The position numbers and the translations under genes are program-made. From contig NC_047027.1 in assembly GCF_902652985.1 (NCBI RefSeq), positions 5,456,001-5,520,000 on the forward strand: DNA of 64,000 nucleotides, read 5' to 3'. Positions within the stretch are counted from its first letter, which is position 1. Every line of letters begins with the position of its first letter. The DNA is from Pecten maximus (lineage: Eukaryota). Shown here piece after piece: positions 38,440 through 48,626 of this stretch. The notes beneath the pieces are model-generated. The model was not told the origin of the DNA. It was given only the letters and a program-made list of their open reading frames with translations, and made no database searches.

Positions 38440-39740
38440 TAGCCCACCATCATCAGATGGTGGGCTAAAGCCCACCATCATCAGATGGTGGGCTATTCAA
38501 ATCGCCCTGCGTCCGTGGTCCGTCGTCCGTCCGTCCGTCCGTCCGTCCGTAAACAATTCTTGTTATCGCTAATCCTCAGAAAGTACTGAAGGGATCTTTC
38601 TCAAATTTCATCTGTAGGTTCCCCTTGGTGCCTAGTTATGCATATTGCATTTTGGGACCGATCGGAAAACAACATGGCCGACAGGCAGCCATCTTGGATT
38701 TTGACCATTGAAGTTTGTTATCGCTATTTCTGAGAAAGTACAGAAGGGATCTTTCTCAAATTTCATATGTAGGTTCCCCTTGGTGCTTAGTTATGCATAT
38801 TGCATTTTAGGACCAATCGGAAAACAACATGGCCGACAGGCAGCCATCTTGGATTTTGACCATTGAAGTTTGTTATCGCTATTTCTGAAAAAGTACTGAA
38901 GGGATATTTCTCAAATTTCATACGTGGGTTTCCTTTGGTGCCTAGTTATGCATATTGCATTTTGGGACCGATCGGAAAACAACATGGCCGACAGGCAGCC
39001 ATCTTGGATTTTGACCATTAAAGTTTGTTATCGCTATTTCTGAGAAAGTACTGAAGGGATCTTTCTCCAATGTCATATGTAGGTTCCCCTTGGCGCCTAG
39101 TTATGCATATTGCATTTTGAGACCAATCAGAAAACAACATGGCCGTCAGGCAGCCATCTTGGATTTTGACAATTGAAGTTTGTTATCGTTAATTCTCAGA
39201 AAGCACTGAAGGGATCTTCCTGAAATTTCATATGTAGGTTCCCCTTGGTGCCTAGTTATGCATATTGTATTTTGAGACTAATCAGAAAACAACATGGCCA
39301 ACAGGCAGCCATCTTGGATTTCGAAAATTGAAACTGGTTATCGCTATTTCTAAGAAACTAATGAAGGGATCTTCCTGAAATTTCATATGTAGGTTCTACC
39401 ATGTGCCTTGTTATGCATATTGCATTTTGAGACCAATCGGAAAATAACATGGCCGACAGGCAGCCATCTTGGATTTTGACAATTGAAGTTTGTTATCGCT
39501 ATTTCTCAGAAAGTAATGAAGGAATCTTTCTCAAATTCCATATATAGGTTCCCCTTGGTGCCTAAATCTTAAATTTTGTATATAGGTTTCCCTTGTTTGA
39601 AAAGTACTAGAGGTTTCTTCTGAATTTACACAGATTAGTAAGACTTAGAAGAAGAGAAAAGTAGAGAAAAGATCAATCTGACATGGAACCTATGAAGAAC
39701 ATTCAATGGTGGGCGCCAAGATCCCTCTGGGATCTCTTGT
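38440..39740 (+). mobile_element. Full-length non-autonomous Helentron-associated element (HINE; pearl/DTC84/DINE-1-type) with an internal 155-bp tandem array
   Basis: 5' subTIR hairpin TAGCCCACCATC-ATCA-GATGGTGGGCTA; (GTCC)n microsatellite; TGTTATCGCT-type marker at 38561, 38716, 38871, 39026, 39181, 39336 and 39491; 3' subTIR ATGGTGGGC (39706-39714); terminal hairpin AGATCCC-TCT-GGGATCT; no TSD. Confidence 0.92.
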
Positions 39741-40582
39741 AAGACACTTCACCCTATTTATTGCATGTGTCTTTTTGTAAGACACTTCACCCTATTTATT
39801 GCATGTGTCTTTTTATAAGACACTTCACCCTATTTATTGCATGTGTCTTTTTGTAAGACACTTCACCCTATTTATTGCATGTGTCTTTTTGCAAGACACT
39901 TCACCTTATTTATTGCATGTGTCTTTTTGTAAGACACTTCACCCTATTTATTGCATGTGTCTTTTTGCAAGACACTTCACCTTATTTATTGCATGTGTCT
40001 TTTTGCAAGACACTTCACCTTATTTATTGCATGTGTCTTTTTGTAAGACACTTCACCCTATTTATTGCATGTGTCTTTTTATAAGACACTTCACCCTATT
40101 TATTGCATGTGTCTTTTTGTAAGACACTTCACCCTATTTATTGCATGTGTCTTTTTGTAAGACACTTCACCCTATTTATTGCATGTGTCTTTTTGCAAGA
40201 CACTTCACCTTATTTATTGCATGTGTCTTTTTGTAAGACACTTCACCCTATTTATTGCATGTGTCTTTTTGCAAGACACTTCACCTTATTTATTGCATGT
40301 GTCTTTTTGCAAGACACTTCACCTTATTTATTGCATGTGTCTTTTTGTAAGACACTTCACCCTATTTATTGCATGTGTCTTTTTATAAGACACTTCACCC
40401 TATTTATTGCATGTGTCTTTTTGTAAGACACTTCACCCTATTTATTGCATGTGTCTTTTTGTAAGACACTTCACCCTATTTATTGCATGTGTCTTTTTGT
40501 AAGACACTTCACCTTATTTATTGCATGTGTCTTTTTGCAAGACACTTCACCTTATTTATTGCATGTGTCTTTTTGTAAGACA
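39741..40582. repeat. 38-bp minisatellite, right arm (AAGACACTTCACCCTATTTATTGCATGTGTCTTTTTGT), ~22 copies with a 304-bp (8-monomer) higher-order repeat
   Basis: Periodicity; variant pattern repeats at +304 (39799 vs 40103). Confidence 0.97.
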
Positions 40583-41220
40583 CATACATCATCCCATTTG
40601 CTGTGGATTAATTGCTCAGTAGACTCTGTCTATACATGTGATGATGAACCTTAACAAACAAGTACAGTAGTACTGGTGTTTGACCTGAACTGGTGCTCCA
40701 TATATACCCAGCATTAAACCCATGTTTGGTAATAAGCTAAACCATAAGTCTTTAAAAAATCCCAACTAATTAATTTTCGTCCTGTAATGAGTCTACTCTG
40801 AGTAAGATGTGCTGGCTTGCTGAGTTTGTTACAGGAAAATGTTTGCAATCTTTCTTAGTCCGATAATCTGTCTGTCCATCTGTCCGATAATCTGTCTGTC
40901 CATCTGTCTGTCCAATATGTGTCCAACTGTTTTTTTTTTTATTTTGATAGGAAAGGTTTTTATTTGTTAATTCGGCACATATACTACTCTGATACAATAC
41001 ATGATATGTCAACAAATCTGCGTCTCGTAGATACATATACTGTGCATATCTAAAACTGACATATGTGTCCAACTGTTCGTCTGTCTGTTTGTCAATATAT
41101 CAGGGAGATATTTGCTAGACTCTGTAATCTACAACAGAAGGTCGAGGAGGACGTGGGGCAAATATTTTAGCTCATATTTTATTTCATGGTTTTTTGGTCC
41201 TAGACTCCTGTTCTTCCTGT

Positions 41221-41432
41221 GAGAATCACTCCAATTTGGAGTACCCACAATATCTCTTTATTGAGAATCACTCCAATTTGGAGTACCCACAACATCTCTT
41301 TATTGAGAATCACTCTACCTCTAATTTGGAGTAACCACAATATCTCTTTATTGAGAATCACTCTAATTTGGAGTAACCACAATATCTCTTTATTGAGAAT
41401 CACTCTAATTTGGAGTACCCACAATATCTCTT
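41221..41432. repeat. 42-bp minisatellite (GAGAATCACTCCAATTTGGAGTACCCACAATATCTCTTTATT), 5 copies
   Basis: Periodicity; ACTCCAA-T-TTGGAGT palindrome in the first two units. Confidence 0.93.
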
Positions 41433-42065
41433 AGCATTGGGACTCGTTAAAGTTTTGAAAATTGTGTCCTGGACTTGCCTTTAGTAATTCTTCAAAAATT
41501 ACAGTGCCTTTTGAAAGTTTTTAACATGATCAGTACAATTTGTCTCTCCCCTCAAATTTGAGATCGTAGATATGATCTTTGTTATATTTCCTTGTATAGT
41601 GCTCATTGAACAGAGGTCATAAAATTTTATATCATTGCAGCAAATTTTCAGAAACATTTCTAGAAGAAGAGAAACCATCAAGATAAATGAGACAGAAAAC
41701 AACAATAAATGTTACACAATATTGAAATTTACTGCATTTTTTGTGTTAAATAAAAAAGAAATTGATAAAATATTGTCGGAAAGACAGACATATTCTTTCA
41801 AATCAATTACATCAAACCTTTTTCACATGGAATTGTTTTTACGACATGGAAACATTGAAAAGGCTGAAATGTTTTTGATATGGTTATGAGATTTTTTATT
41901 ATTCGACTGAATTCTAACTCCATTACCATGGTATCGCTAGGATGCTAAAATAACGGCCGTATTGTGGGAGAAGAGTATTGTATTTTGATATGGAATTGTG
42001 TTACTGTTATATTAGAATATATGTGTGATGGAAGCCGATTCTGTGTAATGTCAGATGTCTTTTGG

Positions 42066-42835
42066 ATCAGGAAACCGTGTGATAAAGGTTTAATGGTACA
42101 GCATACCCTATCTATAGTACAGAATATCTGTCATCAGGAAACCGCGTGATAAAGGTTTAATGGTACAGCGTGTGATAAAGGTTTAATGGTACAGCATACC
42201 CTATCTATAGTACAGAATATCTGTCATCAGGAAACCATGTGATAAAGGTTTAATGGTACAGCATACCCTATCTATAGTACAGAAGATCTGTCATCAGGAA
42301 ACCATGTGATAAAGGTTTAATGGTACAGCATACGTATACCCTATCTATAGTGCAGAATATCTGTCATCAGGAAACCATGTGATAAAGGTTTAATGGTACA
42401 GCGTACCCTATCTATAGTACAGAAGATCTGTCATCAGGAAACCATGTGATAAAGGTTTAATGGTACAGCGTGTGATAAAGGTTTAATGGTACACCGTGTG
42501 ATAAAGGTTTAATGGTACAGCATACCCTATCTATAGTACAGAAGATCTGTCATCAGGAAACCGTGTGATAAAGGTTTAATGGTACAGCATACCCTATCTA
42601 TAGTACAGAATATCTGTCATCAGGAAACCGTGTGATAAAGGTTTAATGGTACAGCGTGTGATAAAGGTTTAATGGTACAGCGTGTGATAAAGGTTTAATG
42701 GTACAGCGTGTGATGAAGGTTTAATGGTACAGCATACCCTATCTATAGTACAGAATATCTGTCATCAGGAAACCGTGTGATAAAGGTTTAATGGTACAGC
42801 GTACCCTATCTATAGTACAGAATATCTGTCATCAG
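42066..42835. repeat. Composite minisatellite: 67-bp unit with extra copies of its own 26-bp sub-module (CGTGTGATAAAGGTTTAATGGTACAG)
   Basis: ATCAGGAAAC at 42066 and 42133 (+67); 26-bp module present 1-4 times per unit. Confidence 0.95.
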
Positions 42836-43104
42836 AGATTTTCTGTTGGATGACAGTCTGATGAATGAGGTACGGAATGAAAAGGGGAAAAATAAAGGGC
42901 TGAAAGGATGGGAAAGAATGATGGAAGAGTCCGGGGTCGTAGATATATAACATGCTGTTGTGATTTTGGGGAGAGGGATGATAGAGGGATGATAGAGGGA
43001 TGATAGAGGATGATAGAGGGATGATAGAGGATGATAGAGGGCATTTGATGAAATTATGGGTAGGAAGAATGGGAAAGGAAGTTAGAATGCTAGATTTCAG
43101 AGAA

Positions 43105-44750
43105 TGAATGAGGACAATAAATTAGAGGTTGGAGGGATGGGATTAATGAGGACAGTAGAATTAGAGGTTGGAGGGAAGGGATGAATGAGGACATTAGAAT
43201 TAGAGGTTGGAGGGAAGGGATGAATGAGGACATTAGAATTAGAGGTTGGAGGGAAAGGAAGGGATTAATGAGGACGTTAGAATTAGAGGTTGGAGGGAAG
43301 GGATGAATGAGGACATTAGAATTAGAGGTTGGAGGGAAAGGAAGGGATTAATGAGGACATTAGAATTAGAGGTTGGAGGGAAAGGAAGGGATTAATGAGG
43401 ACATTAGAATTAGAGGTTGGAGGGAAAGGAAGGGATTAATGAGGACATTAGAATTAGAGGTTGGAGGGAAGGGATTAATTAGGACATTAGAATTAGAGGT
43501 TGGAGGGAAGGGGTTAATGAGGACATTAGAATTAGAGGTTTGAGGGAAGGGATGAATGAGGACATTAGAATTAGAGGTTGGAGGGAAGGGATGAATGAGG
43601 ACATTAGAATTAGAGGTTGGAGGGAAAGGAAGGGATTAATGAGGACATTAGAATTAGAGGTTGGAGGGAAAGGAAGGGATGAATGAGGACATTAGAATTA
43701 GAGGTTGGAGGGAAGGGATTAATGAGGACAGTAGAATTAGAGGTTGGAGGGAAGGGATGAATGAGGACATTAGAATTAGAGGTTGGAGGGAAGGGATGAA
43801 TGAGGACATTAGAATTAGAGGTTGGAGGGAAAGGAAGGGATTAATGAGGACATTAGAATTAGAGGTTGGAGGGAAAGGAAGGGATTAATGAGGACATTAG
43901 AATTAGAGGTTGGAGGGATAGGAAGGGATGAATGAGGACATTAGAATTAGAGGTTGGAGGGAAGGGATTAATGAGGACATTAGAATTAGAGGTTGGAGGG
44001 AAGGGATTAATGAGGACATTAGAATTAGAGGTTGGAGGGAAGGGATTAATGAAGACGTTAAATTAGAGGTTGGAGGGAAGGGATGAATGAGGACATTAGA
44101 ATTAGAGGTTGGAGGGAAGGGATGAATGAGGACATTAGAATTAGAGTTTGGAGGGAAGGAATGAATGAGGACATTAGAATTAGAGGTTGGAGGGAAGGGG
44201 TTAATGAGGACATTAGAATTAGAGGTTGGAGGGAAGGGATGAATGAGGACATTAGAATTAGAGGTTGGAGGAAAGGGATTAATGAGGACATTAGAATTAG
44301 AGGTTGGAGGGAAGGGATTAATGAGGACGCTAGAATTAGAGGTTGGAGGGATAGGAAGGGGTGAATGAGGACGCTAGAATTAGAGGTTGGAGGGAAGGGA
44401 TTAATGAGGACGCTAGAATTAGAGGTTGGAGGGAAGGGATTAATGAGGACGCTAGAATTAGAGGTTGGAGGGAAGGGATTAATGAGGACATTAGAATTAG
44501 AGGTTGGAGGGAAGGGATGAATGAGGACATTAGAATTAGAGGTTGGAGGGAAGGGATGAATGAGGACATTAGAATTAGAGGTTGGAGGGAAGGGATGAAT
44601 GAGGACATTAGAATTAGAGGTTGGAGGGAAGGGATGAATGAGGACATTAGAATTAGAGGTTGGAGGGAAGGGGTGAATGAGGACGTTAGAATTAGAGGTT
44701 GGAGGGATAGGATTAATGAGGACATTAGAATTAGAGTTGGAGGGAAGGGA
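43105..44750. repeat. Purine-rich 39-bp minisatellite (GAGGACATTAGAATTAGAGGTTGGAGGGAAGGGATGAAT) with 44-bp variants, ~41 copies
   Basis: Periodicity; 5-bp AAGGA insertion variants. Confidence 0.97.
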
Positions 44751-45614
44751 TAAGATAATTAAGAGAGGATATTAGAGAATTAGGGGCTGGAGAGGTGGCA
44801 GGAGCAAAAAGGGAGGAGTTTGAAATTTTGGGGGCTGAAGGGATAGAGGGTTTAGGTTTGTACTTATTTCAGCACGTGGATAGAAATATTAGAAGAAGGC
44901 AATTTGTTTTTATCAGATTAGTGTAATGTACCAGGTCAGTAATGTTATAACAAGGTGGAAGATTCAATCCACCCATAAACTGGTCTGTTCTAACCTTTCA
45001 ATAACATTACAAATATTGGTCCCTACTGTTAGATCTGTGAAACAATGGATATGTTCTTATGTTTGTATTATTGTCGTTGTTACTTGACCAACGATTGGTA
45101 GATATTTGACCAATCATCTGGGTGAATACTCCCATCGGGACTAAACAATAGAGACCAAGACTTGTACAGCATCTACGACTGAGGAATTGCCTACCTCCAT
45201 ATATGAAGAGTTCCACACCCTTAATCACATTTACATGTCTGATATTGTGGTGATCGCGCGGTGCTGGAAGTTATGTGATTTGCTTTATGAGAGGGCTTCT
45301 GAATTGAAAATAAAAGGTTTGAGGTTGACTGTGGGATTGGGGAGACAAAAACACCCGTTGTCAGTCGGAGAGCAAATACAATTACGACACTTTTTTCATT
45401 TGTCAGTTGAACAACAAAAAGATATTTGCCAATAAGTGTCCAGGTTGAGCGATGTTTTCTTGACCTTTTGGCAATTACACTTTTGTTTCATTTATTGTCA
45501 AGACAAGGTGTGTTGTGCCATTAGTGGTTATTTCTAGCTGGGGTCGTCTTTATATTCACCTTATCACAGTATCTTCTGTGTCCTAGAAATGTCTGTATCT
45601 GTTCAGTATTATAT

Positions 45615-46543
45615 TTAGTCCCCAACAGAACCAGGGAGGCTGGTTTAGCATCATGTTCGTCTGTCTTTCAGTCCTTCTGTTCTATAGGTTGTCCTGTCTT
45701 TCGTCCTTCTGTTCTATAGGTTGTCCGTCTTTCGTCCTTCTGTTCTATAGGTTGTCTGTCTTTCATCCTTCTGTTCTATAGGTTGTCTGTCTTTCGTCCT
45801 TCTGTTCTATAGGTTGTCTGTCTTTCGTCCTTCTGTTCTATAGGTTGTCCGTCTTTCATCCTTCTGTTCTATAGGTTGTCCGTCTTTCGTCCTTCTGTTC
45901 TATAGGTTGTCTGTCTTTCATCCTTCTGTTCTATAGGTTGTCTGTCTTTCGTCCTTCTGTTCTATAGGTTGTCTGTCTTTCGTCCTTCTGTTCTATAGGT
46001 TGTCCGTCTTTCGTCCTTCTGTTCTATAGGTTGTCCGTCTTTCATCCTTCTGTTCTATAGGTTGTCCGTCTTTCATCCTTCTGTTCTATAGGTTGTCCGA
46101 CTTTCATCCTTCTGTTCTATAGGTTGTCCGTCTTTCATCCTTCTGTTCTATAGGTTGTCCATCTTTCGTCCTTCTGTTTTATAGGTCGTCCAGGCTCAGC
46201 TATCTCATATGCTACCTGTCACTGAAACTGTATACTTAGGGCATCTGTTCACGTAAGTGGCTCGTCATATACCAAAACTAGGTCAGTTAGAACTGACATT
46301 TTGACCTTTGACCTACATCCAAGGAATCTTCCAGTTTCATCTCTTGAGCCGATCAAACTCAAACTTTATACAGATTTTCCTCACCACAAGTGCTTGCATA
46401 GGATTGTTTTTTTAACTGGTCCAATGGTCAAAGGTCAATGTTATACTGTTATTATTAATAAAAAATCTGTTTCCGTGCAATAATTCTTCTTATTACCCAA
46501 CTTTATACACAGGGGACACATCCGCTTCCATGGAAATTTTGTT
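45615..46543 (+). mobile_element. Old HINE-like element hosting a 31-bp minisatellite
   Basis: 5' TTAGTCCCC and 3' GGGGAC subTIRs; internal TGACCTTTGACC and GGTCAAAGGTCA motifs; 3' end GGGGACACATCCGCTTCCATGGAAATTTTGTT with a short palindrome. Confidence 0.65.
45657..46190. repeat. 31-bp minisatellite (GTCTTTCGTCCTTCTGTTCTATAGGTTGTCC), ~17 copies
   Basis: Periodicity (45721 to 45752). Confidence 0.96.
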
Positions 46544-47019
46544 GTTAATATTAAGTGTTGTTTTGAAAAACGTTGATCAGAGTTAATAGAATCTAATTTA
46601 TATATATTTCTTTTATGAACATTTTTAAAAACTGTATCAACATAATACTAAAGGCCAAATAGGTTTTCTGACTATAAGATAAGACCTAAGATGTGTGTTT
46701 TTGTAGAGTACAGGCCGTCATCATCTTTACCAAATCATCATCTCTCTCCTTACACCATTCACTCAGAACTCGCTCCAAACGTGACAAAACCTATCTAGAA
46801 AAAACAGAGTTATCTTCAGCCTGGTAACTGGGATGTCCATTTGGGTGTACATTTAGACTATCCACTTACATCTGAATCAAGGAAATGGCCGCTTCTACAA
46901 GGAATAGTACGCACGTTTGATAAAAACCATAGAGTTGATTCCCCGCCAGTGAGTATAGTAATCCCATCATGACCAACTTGACTCTGTTCCAAATTTTTAT
47001 TTGTTGTCTCTTCTAATTT

Positions 47020-47101
47020 AGAACTCTTTTGGCATTGAAGTTAAAAAGGTGCAGTAACAATTCAGAACTCTTTTGGCATTGAAGATAAAAAGGTGTAGTA
47101 A
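47020..47101. repeat. ~45-bp tandem duplication (AGAACTCTTTTGGCATTGAAG...AAAAAGGTG)
   Basis: Two copies. Confidence 0.8.
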
Positions 47102-47474
47102 TTACCGTATCTGAATCTTTTTGTTTCCTGTATTAGGTTTCCCAGCTGTTTGAAGTGGTTTTAAAAAAATAAAGTTATCTGAAGGATAGTATTTAACTCC
47201 GAAAACAAGAGGTTTGAGTGGAAATGTACCTCCTTTTAACCTACTACAACTACATGGTGTACCGGTGTATACATAGGATTTCTACAAAACTTTTAAGTCT
47301 TCCCGAACGTTGAAATCAGAGATAGAAATGTTAATGTGAGGTGAACATCTCTCCCATACCATTATTTCCTTCTGCCACCTGTCCAATGTAAATGTAGAAT
47401 CTTACCTATTGATACTACACCTGACAATTTTAAACTGAAATACAAATTATATTAACTAAGTGTATTTATTCAGC

Positions 47475-48190
47475 AATAAGCCCATACCTGGTAATAAGCC
47501 CATGATTGGCAATAAGACAATGACTGGTAATAACCCCATACCTGGTAATAACCCCATGATTGGCAATAAGACAATGACTGGTAATAACCCCATACCTGGT
47601 AATAACCCCATGATTGGCAATAAGACAATGATTGGTAATAAGCCCATGATTGGCAATAAGACAATGACTGGTAATAACCCCATACCTGGTAATAACCCCA
47701 TGATTGGCAATAAGACAATGATTGGTAATAAGCCCATGATTGGCAATAAGACAATGACTGGTAATAACCCCATACCTGGTAATAACCCCATGATTGGCAA
47801 TAAGACAATGACTGGTAATAACCCCATACCTGGTAATAACCCCATACCTGGTAATAACCCCATGATTGGCAATAAGACAATGACTGGTAATAACCCCATA
47901 CCTGGTAATAACCCCATACCTGGTAATAACCCCATACCTGGTAATAACCCCATGATTGGCAATAAGACAATGACTGGTAATAACCCCATACCTGGTAATA
48001 ACCCCATGATTGGCAATAAGACAATGACTGGTAATAACCCCATACCTGGTATTAACCCCATGATTGGCAATAAGACAATGACTGGTAATAACCCCATACC
48101 TGGTAATAACCCCATGATTGGCAATAAGACAATGACTGATAATAAGCCCATGATTGGCAATAAGACAATGACTGGTAATAAGCTCATTCC
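47475..48190. repeat. 18-bp three-variant minisatellite (A=AATAACCCCATACCTGGT, B=AATAACCCCATGATTGGC, C=AATAAGACAATGACTGGT), ~39 monomers
   Basis: 18-bp register throughout; ordered variant pattern. Confidence 0.96.
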
Positions 48191-48496
48191 TAATGATAAA
48201 CCCACACGTGGTGTATTGTAGTATAATAAAAGGCTCAAAAATGCTATTTCATTGTTTTACAATAAATTCACCTCCTACTTCTAAAACATTAACTGAGATT
48301 AAGTTTTTGAAGAAAAAAATAAATCCTTACAGCTATAATTTCAATTTTCATATTTAATTCCATATTAAAAACGAGAAACAACAAATATATATAGTATTTT
48401 TTCTATATTTCATAAAGAAATAAACAAGGATTAAGAAAACACTGTATTAGTGTAATACATGTATATATATATTGGGTGATACTAGCTGTAAAGTAG

Positions 48497-48626
48497 ACCT
48501 TGACGACAGAGATTTACTGGTGTGGCACTCCGGAGTTATTGGACCTAGCGTAGCACTCCGGAGTTATTGGAGGGGATTCCTTGATGACAGAGATTTACTA
48601 GCGTGGCACTCCGGAGTTATTGGACG
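48497..48626. repeat. Local duplication containing GCACTCCGGAGTTATTGGA x3
   Basis: CCTTGA(C/T)GACAGAGATTTACT x2 and the GCACTCCGG module x3. Confidence 0.75.

Noticed and set aside
43105-44750. Telomere-like appearance (TTAGAA/TTAGAGG)
   Set aside because: No TTAGGG arrays; ordinary 39-bp minisatellite
47456-48238. Overlapping 253/260-aa repeat ORFs resembling low-complexity shell or antifreeze proteins
   Set aside because: Open on both strands because of the 18-bp period; no signal peptide or non-repetitive coding flank; cannot be fully excluded without RNA-seq
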